Under the pieces are notes generated by a model that was given only the letters and a program-made list of their open reading frames with translations, did no database searches and was not told where the DNA came from. The position numbers were made by a program, and so were the translations under genes. Positions 14,305-27,620 of a DNA stretch of 64,000 nucleotides are shown piece after piece. Position 1 is the first letter of the stretch, and each line of letters begins with the position of its first letter. Source of the DNA: Octopus vulgaris (taxonomy: Eukaryota); assembly GCA_951406725.2 (NCBI GenBank), contig OX597830.1, positions 14,384,001-14,448,000 of the forward strand, in the 5' to 3' direction.

Positions 14305-14542
14305 TGTTGTTGTTTGTCCCTTCTCGAGGAACATGCCTAGCTCATAAGGGCCGGTTTCCCGGTTTCTTGGCGTATAGGTTCCCCACCTGGACGGGACGCC
14401 GGTCCGTTGCAGGTGAGCTACAAGATGCAGGAGGAAAGAGTGAGAGAAAGTTGTGGCGAAAGAGTCAGCAGAAATTTCGCCATTACCTTCTACCGGAGCT
14501 GCGTGGAGCTTAGGTGTTTCGCTCATAAACACACACATCCTC
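14305..14542 (-). mobile_element. SINE family B3, 5'-truncated (middle shared with B2, different 3' tail)
   Basis: GAGAGAAAGTTGTGGCGAAAGAG...CCGGAGC...GTGGAGCTTAGGTGTTT.GCTCA.TAAACAC matches 30567-30668; the remainder differs and ends in (AAC)n. Confidence 0.7.
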
Positions 14543-14894
14543 AAAGTGAGGACAAGTGTACTTTTCAAAGACTTCACCTTGAACACTGCCTTAGAAAATG
14601 CACAACTTTAAAAATAATTATGTATTTTATTGTTCTCTATAAACATCCAATAACCTTATAGTTTTTAGAATAAGCGTGTAATTTTCACAACTATATCTAG
14701 AGATATCAGCTTATTTCAGCTGGTATAATTGATGAGAATAAAGATACAATAAATTGGAATGAAATACTAATAATGATGTCTCCATTTTAATGGCTATAAA
14801 GCACGTGTCCTTTTATAGAAGAACGATGGCACTAAACAGACAATTTCGTCAAAACTCAACTACTTGTTTTATTGTTGAGTAAAACAAAACGCTA

Positions 14895-15779
14895 TCTTTA
14901 TATATATAAAACTGAGAATGTGTGTGTGTCTGTCTGTATGTATGTCTGTGTGTTTCCTTAAAACTTGAGAACTACACAACCAATTTCATTCAAATTTTAC
15001 ACATGCCTTACTTAGGGTCCGGGGAGTGTCATCGGCAAAAAAACTTTAACTTTTTGCCTAGGGCGAGCCCACAGCAATATCATATCTTCTCCACTACGAT
15101 TCCCTAAAACTTGAGAACTACACAACCAATTTCATTCAAATTTTACACATGCCTTACTTAGGGTCCATGTAGTTTCATGGGCAAAAGAAAATGTTCAACT
15201 TTTTGCATGGAGCGAGCCCATAGCAATATCATATCTTCTCCACTATTTCAGTATTACGTGTTAAAAGTGAAACAAAAACATTTCTCTATTTTATGTCAGA
15301 TGCTTTCACTTTAACAATAAAAATAATAATAACAATTGAATTATATGTAGTAAGTAATAATTAAAATCAAACTAAAGTATAATATAATCGTAACATAACA
15401 AAAACTAAAAATAGGAATTGGTATAAAATTGCATCAATGATTTGAACTTGAGTAAGTGGTTTCACATGAATGGATTAAATTAAAAATAAAATTAGCGTGC
15501 AGGAATGGAATAGTCCAGATGGATAATAAAAAATTAAATTAAAGAAAAGACTATTGTCTATAAAGTATACAATGTAGAGAAAAAAGAAGAGCTAACAATT
15601 CCAGTCTGTTATATTTTTAGAGTGTTGTTATCACTAGCGATATAAAAATATAACTTTGTATTTTGCATTTTATGTGTAGATGTATATATATAGATGTACA
15701 TGTAATATGTACACATATATATACACATATATACATGCACTAGCACTATGACCCGGCAACGACGGGTCTTTAATGCTAG
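14895..15779 (+). mobile_element. Non-autonomous Helitron
   Basis: 5' TC terminus (TCTTTATATATATAAAA...CTGTCTGT), subterminal hairpin GACCCG-gcaacga-CGGGTC, 3' CTAG, inserted between A and T; internal ~145-bp tandem duplication at 14957-15245. Confidence 0.8.
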
Positions 15780-15869
15780 TTTCTTATATAACCTAATTCC
15801 TTCCCCTATCTCTTTCTCGCTTTTCACATACAGACTCATACCACCAGTTACGCAGAATCACTATATAAT

Positions 15870-15909
<40 letters not shown>

Positions 15910-15912
15910 GTC

Positions 15913-16091
15913 AGTCGCCATGATAGATCGTTAGCCACTACGCACATTTTTTCTCTCCTTGTTTTGTTCTGTGTCCCTTTCTGTAGAAGAGCGTAGGCTC
16001 GAAATGTAAAAGACTTTTTCTATTTCTGAGCGTTATACTAATACATCTGTTTGTTTGTACACCACCTGTCTTCGTCTTTTGTTTTTTTCGT

Positions 16092-16098
<7 letters not shown>
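15913..16098 (+). mobile_element. Short element in a TA tract carrying a hammerhead-like motif (CUGUAGA variant), copy 1
   Basis: Near-identical inverted copy at 20699-20898. Motif CTTT-CTGTAGA-A-GAGC-gtag-GCTC-GAAAT-GTA-AAAG. Confidence 0.7.
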
Positions 16099-16182
<84 letters not shown>

Positions 16183-16637
16183 GCACACACACGAAATTAG
16201 ATTTCAGAAGATCGAATCATCATGTATGTACGAGATTGTTAAAATAGGAATCAACAGCACTTGATATTTTTACTCCTCAGCCAGTAATCACCAATCAGAA
16301 CGTTTGATCAACCTATCTGTGTACGGTTTGAGAAGCTACTTTTGGTATTCAAATATATTAATTCAATATTTGAAGATAATTTTCAGAGTGGTGCATTTGC
16401 AAACAATTTTTATGCTCTGGTTTTGAATTCTACCCATGTCTATGCTGCCCTCCATCTTCCAATGTCCGTAAAACATCTTCCAGTCAACTCCAGACGACTT
16501 TGTTCCTATATAAGAAATCAATATTTTTAGCTTCAATGTTATTTTCATATTCTTGATAAATTTGAAATAACATTGTTAGTTGTGTAGACCGCTTGACTTC
16601 ATTAACGAAATGAGTTTAGCTTTAATTAGTTAAATAC

Positions 16638-16719
<82 letters not shown>

Positions 16720-17549
16720 CATTATTATTATTATCTTGTTTTTTTTTTCTTGCTAAAACTATTTACTTCTTATTTCATTTTATTAACAAAAATAACCGAA
16801 ATGTCGGGATGTCAATCAGCCGTTTGCTTTACTTTATCGTTCAGTGAACTGTAGGTTACTAAATCAAACTACAAATGCAAACTGTTTTCATCACATCTTT
16901 TCACTTGTAATTCAGACAGAAATAATCCCAACTTTTAGAAGTATTTTTAGCCTATGAAAATTAAGCATTGACAATATTAGGAAATTAGACGTAGTTGTAC
17001 AGCAAACTTCATGGGTTAAAACTCCAAAACATTTTTTTAGATATGTAGAATAGTTGAAAGATTATATATGTATATTTACTGTACGATGGCTGCTACAATC
17101 TTATTATATGCTGTTCACAACTTTAATTTTTATAATAAAGCAGCTGAAGATGTTGATAGAGACGACATTCACCGATACATCTAATATCACATAATTGTTT
17201 AAATTTTCACCATATGCAGTTGACCCCTTTTTGTGATATCATAAAATCTCAATAGCCTTGACCAAATATTTCATAAGTGAAGTTTTTAATAAAATAACAA
17301 ACGAATTTGGATAAAAAAAAGATAGACGTATTTAATTACAAATCATCATCAAATTTATTAAAGATATAACGAAATTAATAAGTTATTAATAGTTATCGGT
17401 GAAATTTCAAAACTAAGAAAACAGGCAAAAGTTGTTATTTTTGAAAAGTATATATTCAAGTTTATCTATTGGTCTATGGAGGGTCACTTACATATCAGTG
17501 TTGTTCTGGGATTACCAGCTGCATAGAAATATAAACATAGTGTCTTTCA

Positions 17550-17900
17550 AGAAGTTAATATTTTTGGGCTGGGAGAGGTTATCAGATTATTAATACTAAG
17601 GTTGGGTTGAAGAATACAATATGGGTAATGAGGCGGTAAAAAGATGAGTGATTTGTGAGTGACTGAGTGGAAGTTTGGGGATTCAAACGGATCAGAAGAG
17701 CAGAAGGCACCAAAATAGCAGTAGAGACTGGAGTGCGTTTGTTGTGTAGCACCTTCATGACAATCAGTCATGTGACCCGTTTCTTTTTTTTTATTTATAA
17801 AGATACATCCTTGAGTGCCTATATCTGTAACAACAGCATCATGGAAGAGGTAGGAACAATGCTCTATTATTGGTCTCATTTCAGCATCTACTATTTTTCA
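17550..17900 (-). pseudogene. Highly degenerate non-LTR (CR1/L2/Jockey-group) ORF2 C-terminal fragment
   Basis: ORF RPIIEHCSYLF...SSLYCYFGAFCSSD resembles the RPxxEYCSxxW...LFYRYYxGxCSSEL pattern. Confidence 0.4.
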
Positions 17901-19091
17901 AACCTACAGTTTTTCGATTAACAGGCTTGCTATGCAGTTACTATTTCGATAAGCAGGCAGTTTCGGCGGACAAGCAGGTTACATGATCTCTCTCTCTCTC
18001 TGTTTCTATTTCTCCCTCTCCCCTCCTTTCTTACCCATCCTCTCTCTCCCTTCTCCTCTCTCACTCTCTCTCTCTCTATATATATATTTATACACACACA
18101 CGAACATGCACGTGCGCACGCATAGAAACACACATACACAAACACACATAGAAGCAGCGCAAAACAAATGCATAAGACTACGGTGGTCATAGAAACGAAA
18201 TAAATTTTGAAAACTAGAAAGAAAAACATCCATCAAATGATCATTTCTACTGGTAAAGCGAACAAGATAAAATAATCTTCAATAACTACCATGAAGAAGT
18301 CTTAGAAGACTTGAAATAGATATGAATAGAACAACTGTATTGAAACAAAATATCTAAAAAGAGGAAACGTAAACTGGAAAATAGAGCGACAAAGAAAGAA
18401 AGAAAAGTAAAAGTTTTGGCAACAAAACAAAATCCATATTGAAACACAAGGAAGAATATTGATAAACAAAAGAAAACCTAACAAGAACGGCACAAGCAAA
18501 ATACAAAGAAAGAGTGAGAGTATCGGAGACAGAAAAAAAAGAAAGTTAGAAGAATGAAAGAGACGCTCAGAGAGAATGAACTACAAATAGATAGAATGAG
18601 AATGTAACGAGAGAGAAAGAGAGGGGGAGGAAAAGGGAGAGAAGGGAGGAGAATGGAGAAGAGAGAGGTGGAGGAGTGAAAGAAAGAGAGAGAGAGCCAC
18701 ACAAAGAAGACGAAATATAGAGAGAAAAATACTAAGAGAAAAAGAGGTACCGAGAGAGATTGAGAGAGAGAGAGAGAGAGCAAAATAGAAAGAGAGTAAC
18801 TGAGAAAAAGTATGACAACACGATTATTTGAAGAGAAACTTTAAGTGTTTCTTAGAAAAAGTTGTTTTATGTTGTAAAATAGATGAAATATTTTTCGGTG
18901 CGAATCCATTTTTATAACTTTAACATTTTGCTAAGGATGGCAAAAATAATGCTAGGTTGTCATTTTTGAAATTTTACTTAGACAATACACGGTCTTAGGG
19001 AGATATCTGTTCAACAAGTTCTAGATTTAAAAGAGAGATGAGATCTAGTTGCATACTTACATTGCATTGTCTGTGTTATTTTACTAACTTA

Positions 19092-19617
19092 CTAGCAAGG
19101 GTACCCGGCGTTGCCAGAGTATTAAATACCCGGCAATGGTCTTAATAGGTTCAACCATTTTTTTCGTTGTACATCTCTGAATATTTTTTGCGTTAAGTCA
19201 CAAACATTGACATTGAGGACGAAGTGATTTTTCCCAAGTGGTATTTATTAGTTGAACAACCAAACACCGGAGGAGGTGCTTGAAGTTCGGTATAATGGTG
19301 GTGGCGGGAAATGTTTACAAATCGCACAATGTCTTCCCATCACAGGTATTTTATCTTATTAGATTGGTGTTGAGAGGTTATTGTCTAATTATGGTGGGAT
19401 TGGTGTAAACGGCGCGAGCTAACTGCCATTAGTCATTTTCGCACGCGAAGGAGTAAGTGAGAGTGGAAGGTTGACCTAGAACTAGCTCAATCCAAAAAGA
19501 TGAACCTGGAGGAGGGGGATGAATGTCTACAGTTTTCTGTAGAACCCGGATGCACGGAGATAAAGAAGAAATAATTTCGAGAAATGACGCAACATAGCGG
19601 TTATTTTGCAACAAAAA

Positions 19618-19664
<47 letters not shown>

Positions 19665-20200
19665 ATCCAAACATGAAAACACAAATACGCGAGGACCTAG
19701 AACAAGTATAGTGTTATTGGACGCTCAAGAAAGGAAAGAAAGAAGGACGATTTAACGTTTCGAGCGGAGTTATTCGTCAGAAACATAGGAAAAGGAAAGA
19801 TCCAAGGAAGGGAAGGCGGAGGAAAAAAAATCGCCAACAGTACACACGCGGTCATATTTTGAATATATATCATGCGGCCTTGAAACAACTTTCTTGGTTG
19901 TAACTCTGCAAAAATGCGAAAAGGTGATGTTTCACAGTATTTTGTAGATCATCTGTTGCAAGTTAAAAAAATATTAACCAAAAATTGTTTTTAACCATTC
20001 TTGAATCATCTGTACAATTTATGTGAGATTTGAACGAATTCGGTCAAAAATTAGGAAATTAAGGGCAAAAAACCGGTTTTCTACTCAGTTTTTCGCAATT
20101 GTTGGTCATACGCGGATGAATTCTGTGTATATCGGAGTCTCCTAACGTTATCTTTAGGATGAGTAAATAGGGTGTAAAGTTTGAACGCAACCCACCGAAA
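19092..20200 (-). mobile_element. Helitron-like non-autonomous element (3' end at left), interrupted by the 19661-19860 element
   Basis: Minus-strand 3' end TACTCTGGCAACGCCGGGTACCCTTG-CTAG, similar to the 15750-15779 terminus; 5' boundary uncertain. Confidence 0.5.
19661..19860 (-). mobile_element. Short element with a minimal hammerhead motif, copy 2 (abuts (TA)n)
   Basis: Homologous to 4131-4340. Minus strand TTT-CTGACGA-ATAAC-TCC-GCTC-GAAAC-GTT-AAA at 19751-19783. Confidence 0.7.
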
Positions 20201-20299
20201 CAATGAGAAGTTTTTGTTTATTGCTGGTACTATTATGGTCGCGTGGTCGACGTTTGAACCTGATCAATCGATGTTTTTTTTTCTGGCTTTATAGTGTAA

Positions 20300-20599
20300 G
20301 CACTGCCGCTCCACTTGCAATGTGCATCAAAGAAGAAAAGAAGGGCAGTGATCCGATTTCTGTGGTCGGAAGGCTTGTCAGGTGCTGAAATTCATTGGAG
20401 ACAATGCACTGCCACGTAGAAGCGTGTATGAGTGAGTCGAGAAATTTAAAAGTGGGCGGACAAGCGTGACGCAAGAAGAGAGAGCAGGACGTCCGTCAAC
20501 CTCCACCACTGACGAGAAGATTCAACAAGCTCAAGAGATGGTTATCGTGAACCGGTTCACCATTACCATCTCTCGGATAATTTTTGACTTCCCCTCGTA
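20300..20599 (+). mobile_element. Internally deleted mariner remnant (N-terminal HTH plus 3' TIR)
   Basis: Translation across frameshifts: RAVIRFLWSEG..GAEIH..GDNALPRRSVYE*VEKFKSGRTSVTQEERAGRPSTSTTDEKI; ends in TTTTGACTTCCCCTCG-TA. Confidence 0.75.
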
Positions 20600-20657
20600 C
20601 ATAACATTATTTTCAGTGATGTAATGTTTCCATGACGCGTAGGGGCAGCCGTATATA

Positions 20658-20698
<41 letters not shown>

Positions 20699-20700
<2 letters not shown>

Positions 20701-20895
20701 AGAGTTTACGAAAAAAACCCAAAAGACGAAGACAGGTGGTGTACAAAACAAACAGGTGTATTAGTATAACGCTGAGGAATAGAAAAAGTCTTTTACGTTT
20801 TGAGCCTACGCTCTTCTACAGAAGGGACACAGAAAAAACAAGGAGAGAAAAAATGAGAGGAAAAATGTGTGTAGTGGCTAACGATCTATCATGGC

Positions 20896-20898
<3 letters not shown>
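20699..20898 (-). mobile_element. Short element in a TA tract with hammerhead-like motif (CUGUAGA variant), copy 2
   Basis: Reverse complement of 15913-16098; flanked by (TA)n on both sides. Confidence 0.7.
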
Positions 20899-20939
<41 letters not shown>

Positions 20940-21354
20940 TAACAATAATAATATATATATATATATATATATAATTATAACAATAATTAAGGGCTTAGCA
21001 ACAATTTTTCGGTATGTGGTTAAGCAACTTGCTGCTAAACCCTTAGTTATTGTTATAATTATATATAAAACTTCGTGTATAAGTTTTTACCGAAAATGGT
21101 TCTTTTCCATACCGAACCTACTTGGTGAAATTTATTAATTATAAATTAATAATTTTTTTACCCTATATCTATAATGATATATACATACATACTAGTTGTA
21201 TAACACTTTGTTGGCGGCAGTTTTCGCAATAGAATGCAATAGACCAGCACACCTTCTATGTTGGGTTTTTACCGTTTTGACAGGGATTCTGCTTTTTTTT
21301 CACCACACCTTTACAAATGAAGTCTGGACGCTGCTTTAAGAAAACAAGTTTTTG

Positions 21355-21630
21355 AAAATCTATGAATCCCCCACTCCCTCTCCGGGCTGCTTTTGTCCAA
21401 TACTGTTTTAGTACTACGCACTTAAAATCAATGGGAGATGCCATTTTGATAAAAAATATTTTTAATTGAATATGTATGAATCCCCCACTCCCGGGCCGAT
21501 TATGTCCACTTTATTTTTGCACTGCGCATTTAAAAACAATGGGAGACACCTTTCTTGCATGAAAAAAAAAAAAATGACTATTGAAAATTAATGAATTCCC
21601 TTCCCCACTTCCCGATCAATTTTTTTTCAA

Positions 21631-21694
<64 letters not shown>

Positions 21695-21845
21695 GCGCAC
21701 TTAAAAACGATGAGAAAAGCCTTTTCGATAAAAATTTTAAAAATTTGAAAATTTATGAATTGCTTCGACCTCCCCCTCCCCATCCAGTACCGATCTTGGC
21801 CAATCTTTTGTTGCACTACGCACTTAAAAATGATGGTAAAAGCCT
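21355..21845. repeat. Diverged ~120-bp tandem repeat (4 units), possibly Helitron-internal
   Basis: Recurring ATGAAT.CCC.C.CTCCC...CACT.CGCA.TTAAAA.CAATGGGAGA units. Confidence 0.6.
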
Positions 21846-22456
21846 TGAAGTTTTTTTTTTTTAATCGGTGATAACCACAACAATCGCCACCACCTTTATT
21901 TTGAAATAGAAAATGAAACGTACTTTAAAAACTATGGTGAAATTTCTTTTAATTTTTTATTAACTCTGCACTCACCCCACCCCATAAATCCTAAAATTTT
22001 GGCATTTTTTCGGAATTAAAAAAAAAATCATACTATAAAAATACGGACAATCGGAATTTGCAATTTGTTTCTACTTATGATTTCAGACTAAAAGATGTGT
22101 GATTTAAGTGAGATTTAGCTGTTGTTACCAGCACATCCCACACTCACTTGACACATTCCTTCTTTGTCACTCTGGTATCTATCTTTTACTTGTTTTAGTC
22201 ATGAGACTGCGGCCATTGATGTTTTTCAATATTTATCTCTCCATAAAGACATTTTATGGAATGATGATGCAGTGATCCATTACTAGGATTTAAGCAACAA
22301 GAAAAATTTTACAGTCTAAATTTTTAACCCCCACCCCATACCATGTCGTGTGTGTTGTGTGTGTAAGTAAAAGCATTTATTAACACAGAAGTATGCTATT
22401 AAATAAATTATCTTTTATATACATTATTTACATCACTGTCATCCTAATGAAATTCC

Positions 22457-22889
22457 GGATTTTTCGGTTTGAACGGCAGTTTTTTCTAGCGGTGTCATAT
22501 GAAATTGTCACCCATAATTATGACCCTAGTATCGATCTATTGCATTTCAATCTGTTTTAGGGTTAGGGTTAGTTAAGGTTAGGGTTAGGGGTGGGGGGAA
22601 GAGTATCTTTTTTCTTCACAAATGTAAATAAACCCAATCTGTTTCTTAAACGAGGTACATATTCATATGGTACAGAATGTTTTTTTAGCTCAATAGACGT
22701 CATTGATTGGTTGAAATTGCAGAAATTGAAGAAAAAAAAACAACAAATATCTTACAAACTATAGAATTTTCTCAATAAAACCAAGAGAAAAAGATGTTTT
22801 ATAAACATATTATACCAGTATACGAAGTTTAAAATTTTTTAGTTACCTAGAAATTATGTTAAAAACTGCCGTTCAAACCGAAAAGATCC
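22457..22889. mobile_element. MITE with TIRs, 8-bp TSD and internal TTAGGG repeats, copy 1
   Basis: TIRs GGATTTTTCGGTTTGAACGGCAGTTTTT / AAAAACTGCCGTTCAAACCGAAAAGATCC; perfect TSD GAAATTCC at 22449-22456 and 22890-22897. Confidence 0.85.
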
Positions 22890-23232
22890 GAAATTCCTTA
22901 TACACACGCATACACATATACGCTCTCACACACATACACGCGCGCGCACATACACACACTTAGCGTTGCCTCTATCATGAGGTAACTATTTTACAGCTTG
23001 GTGAGCCTGGTTATGTGAGAGACTAATTACTAATGATATTGCTCAACATACATTCCACTACAAAATACGAATCACTAAACTTTTCGGTTAGATTTTGATG
23101 CCTTATTAAACCGAACATCTGGAATTTCTAATCTATAGTTATATCGTGGAAGACAGTAGAAGCCGAAGAAGAGTGTGATGGTTTGCTTCGACCAATTATA
23201 AATGCTAAAAGCTTGCAAAGTAGAATACATTG

Positions 23233-23668
23233 GGAACTTTTCGGTTTGATCGGCAGTTTTGCTAGCGGTGTCATATGAAATTGTCACCCATAATTATAGC
23301 CCTAGTATCGATCTATTGCATTTCAATCTGTTTTAGGGTTAGGGTTAGAGCTAGGGTTAGTTAGGGTTAGGGGTGGGGGAAGGGTATCTTTTTTTCTTCA
23401 CAAATGTAAATAAACCCAATCTGTTTCTTAAACGAGGGACATATTCACACGGCACAAAATGTTTTCACCTCAATAGACATCACTGATTAGTTGAAATTGC
23501 AGAAATTGAAGAAAAACAACAACAAATGTCTTACAAACTATAGAATTTTCTCAATAAAGCCAAGAGAAAAAGATGTTTTATAAACACATTCTACCAGTAT
23601 ACGAAGTTTAAAAGTGTTTAGTTACGTGGAAATTATGTTAAAAACTGCCGGTCAAACTGAAAAGATCC
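23233..23668. mobile_element. MITE with TIRs, 8-bp TSD and internal TTAGGG repeats, copy 2
   Basis: Same family and orientation as copy 1; TSD ATACATTG / ATAAATTG. Confidence 0.85.
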
Positions 23669-24300
23669 ATAAATTGTTTAGCGGTGAAATTGAGGTTTCA
23701 CGCTCCGAGCAGAACCTTCAACGTAGAAAGAGGAAATGATCACTGACGGAAGGAATAAATTCGAAACATCACCGGGTAATCATTCTTGTCGTTAGACTTC
23801 TACTTCATCTTATGTTGAAATTGTATTATTCATTTTAATTATATTTTGTTATAATCTGATGTCTACAATTCTGTATGATTCCACACAAACATACTCCATG
23901 TCTATTAAAATTATTAGTTTCATAATCGCTTCTTGAAATTATATTGAAACTCTGAATGAAATGAAAAAACAAAAACAAAAAAAAAACCTCACTAACATTC
24001 TGCTAAATTATTCAGAATGATGCAACTTTGACTACGTGTTATACTTTACTGATATGTCTTGGATAGAATCTATCATAACTGAAACGTATAATATATTTTA
24101 CAGAATACTACAGAAAAGACAATGGTATATAAATGTTACGTCCAAAACCGCTGTCGTCATTATCGTAATATTTTAATTTAAACTTGTGCATTGCGTGTTT
24201 GCATATTGGTATATATATATATATATATATGCCCATAGGTCCATATATGAACCGGAATATGTGGTTCGTTATATATACTTACACACAGCCACACCTGCGC

Positions 24301-24344
<44 letters not shown>

Positions 24345-24345
24345 T

Positions 24346-24419
<74 letters not shown>

Positions 24420-24421
<2 letters not shown>

Positions 24422-24587
24422 TAAGTAGCTTGCTAACGAACCACATGGTTCCTGGTTCATTCCCACTGCGTGGCACCTTGGGCACGTGTATTCTCTATAT
24501 GCAAGTGCCTTCTACAATAGCTTCGGGCCGACCAAATACCCTTGTTAGTGGATTTGGTAGACGGAAACTGAAAGAACACCGTCGTAC

Positions 24588-24686
<99 letters not shown>

Positions 24687-24894
24687 TGTGTCTGTGTGTT
24701 TGTGTGTCTGTGTTTGTACCCCCAACATCGATTGATAACCGATGCTGGTCTGTTTACGTCCCCGTAACCTAGCGGTTCGTCAAAAGAAACCGATAGAATA
24801 AGAACTAGGCTTACAAAGAATAAGTCCTGGGATCGAGTTGCTCGACTAAAGGCGGTGCTCCAGGATGGCCACAGTCAAATAACTGAAACAAGTA

Positions 24895-24895
<1 letters not shown>
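24420..24895 (+). mobile_element. SINE family A (head displaced and inverted at 24248-24302)
   Basis: Body and tail match family A; reverse-complement head CACACAGCCACACCTGCGCC lies upstream across a TA run. Confidence 0.8.
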
Positions 24896-24962
<67 letters not shown>

Positions 24963-24979
24963 TATATAGATATACACTG

Positions 24980-25208
24980 GTACTCCGTCGGTTACGACGA
25001 CGAGGGTTCCAGTTGATCCAATCAACGGAACAGTCAGTTCGTGAAAATAGTATGCAAGTGGCTGAGCACTCCACAGATAGGGGTAACCTTAACGTAGTTC
25101 GCAGGTAGATTCAGAGTGACACAAAGTGTGACAAGGCTGGCCCTTTGAAATACAGATATTACTCATTTTTGCCAGCTGAGTGGATTGGAGCAAAGCAAAA
25201 TAAAGTAT
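24980..25208 (-). mobile_element. SINE family B1, 5'-truncated
   Basis: CTCCGTCGGTTACGACGACGAGGGTTCC tail shared with 9760 and 30364. Confidence 0.8.
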
Positions 25209-25515
25209 GTGTGTGTGTATGTTTGTGTGTTTGTGTGTATGTATCTGAGTCCGTCTGATTGCGTATGTATTGTATGAAGATATTTATCTGTCAAGATCAC
25301 CTTCTTTCTCTCTCTTTTCTTTACCTACACTCACACACACACACACACATACACACACACTATATTGTGTAACATGTCTCCAAACTTTATCCCTTCTCTC
25401 CTCTCCCTCTCCCTCTCCACTTTCGGCTTGATAGTCACAATATGGCTGAGATCCTGATGTAGAAAACAATTTAGCGATCCTCATAAAAGGTTTTCAGTTT
25501 TCTCTTTGTCTCTTT

Positions 25516-25559
<44 letters not shown>

Positions 25560-26050
25560 TTTCCTCTTTCTATCATTATTTGTTCCCCTAAGTATGTAAC
25601 CTATTTACCTGGTTTTTATTTAGGTAATGCGGTATTATATTAGCCATTATATTAATCAGTTGTTTGTATAGTACTATTGGTATAACTTATGTGTTGGCTA
25701 CCTCCCCTATCTGAAAGGGACCTCTTGGTAGGTCCATTTTTATGTAAGTCACTTAAGTATTTTATTTGGCACAAATTCATGTAAATTTGTACCCTGCTTT
25801 TTGGTGCTAGGTACATTATTGTATTTTAATTGCGCTGACCTTTTATCTTCAGCTCTTCCCACTGTCCGTTCTTGGTGGTTTGGGGTGTTCTTCATGTTAC
25901 ACATTTTATTTTGATTATTATTAGGATCGTCCATCCTAACACATTTATTATTTCTATTGTTACTACCGTTAAAGAATTTTAATTTTTTTCTATGTTACGG
26001 GTACGCAAACATACCACCATGAATAAATCTCCAGACTCCTCCTCGTTATC

Positions 26051-26104
<54 letters not shown>

Positions 26105-26119
26105 GTATATATATAAAAT

Positions 26120-26173
<54 letters not shown>

Positions 26174-26174
26174 C

Positions 26175-27125
26175 TCTTTTACTCTCTTTTACTTGCTTCA
26201 GTCATTTGACTGCGATCATGCTGGAGTACCGCCTTTAGTCAAGAAAATCGCCCCAGTACTTATCGTTTGTAAGCCGAGTACTTATTCTATCGATTCTTGT
26301 GCCGAACTGCTAAGTTACGGGGACGTAAACACACCACCATCAGTTGTCAAGCAATGTTGGGGGACAAACACAGACACATATATATACATATATACGATGG
26401 ACTTCTTTCAGTTTCCGTCTACCAAATCCACTTACAAGGTATTGGTCGGCCCGAGGCCATAGTAGAAGACACTTGCTCAAAGTGCCACGCAGTGGGACCG
26501 AACCCGGAACCATGTGGTTGATAAGCAAGCTACTTATCACTAGCCACTCCTATATATATATGTGTGTGGGGGGTGTCTTCTTTTATCCTTTTATTCTTTT
26601 ACTTGTTTCAATCATTTTGACTGTGGCCATGCTGGAACATCGCCTTTTAGTCGAAGAAATCTGTACTTATTCTATCAGTCTCTTTCGCCAAACTGATAAG
26701 TTACGGGGACATAAACACACCAACATCGGTTGTCAAGTGATAATAGAGGGACAAATACAGATACAAACTCACAAATATATGCATATATATATATATATAC
26801 ATATATGCCAAGTGTCTTCTATTATAGCCTCAGGACGACCAAAGCCTAGCGAGTGGATTTGTGAGATGGAAACTGAAAGAAGCCCGTCGCATATATGTAT
26901 ACATATATATAAGTATATATGTGTATATATTTGTGTCTGTGTTTGTCCCCAACATTGCTTGACAACCGATGGTGGTATGTTTGCGTACCCATAACTTAGC
27001 GGTTCGGCAAAATTTACCAATAGAATAAATACTAGACATCCCAAAAATAAGTCCTGGGGTCGATTTGCTCGACTAAAGGCGGTGCTCCAGCATGGCCGCA
27101 GTCAAATGACTGAAACAAGTAAAAG
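26175..27125. mobile_element. Cluster of SINE family A copies (26175-26550 minus, 26590-26790 minus partial, 26808-27125 plus partial)
   Basis: Each segment matches the family A consensus. Confidence 0.85.
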
Positions 27126-27141
27126 AGAAAAAAGAGCAAAC

Positions 27142-27181
<40 letters not shown>

Positions 27182-27317
27182 GTTTGCTATATATATATAC
27201 TTGGAAGTGGATGCGTGGCGTTCCATCATATAATAACAAAATAATAAATATAACATATGCATATGTACATACATATATGTACGTACCTACATCTATATGT
27301 ATATATACATGCATGTA

Positions 27318-27620
27318 TACTTATTCTATCGATTCTTGTGCCGAACTGCTAAGTTACGGGGACGTAAACACACCACCATCAGTTGTCAAGCAATGTTGGG
27401 GGGACAAACACAGACACATATATATACATATATACGATGGACTTCTTTCAGTTTCCGTCTACCAAATCCACTTACAAGGTATTGGTCGGCCCGAGGCCAT
27501 AGTAGAAGACACTTGCTCAAAGTGCCACGCAGTGGGACCGAACCCGGAACCATGTGGTTGATAAGCAAGCTACTTATCACTAGCCACTCCTATATATATA
27601 TGTGTGTGGGGGGTGTCTTC
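27318..27620 (-). repeat. Near-identical local duplicate of 26279-26580 (SINE A part plus flank)
   Basis: Identity includes private variants and the non-SINE flank TGTGTGTGGGGGGTGTCTTC. Confidence 0.9.

Noticed and set aside
22557-22600. True telomere or chromosome fusion site
   Set aside because: Short TTAGGG tract internal to a TIR element, present in both copies.
23727-23786. Hammerhead-like AATGAT-ca-CTGACGG...TTC-GAAAC...GTA-ATCATT
   Set aside because: Core mismatch, weak helix II and out-of-register helix I; possibly decayed but not supportable from one copy.
25700-25740. CTGAAAG-GGACCT...AGGTCC hairpin as a hammerhead
   Set aside because: No GAAA follows the stem.
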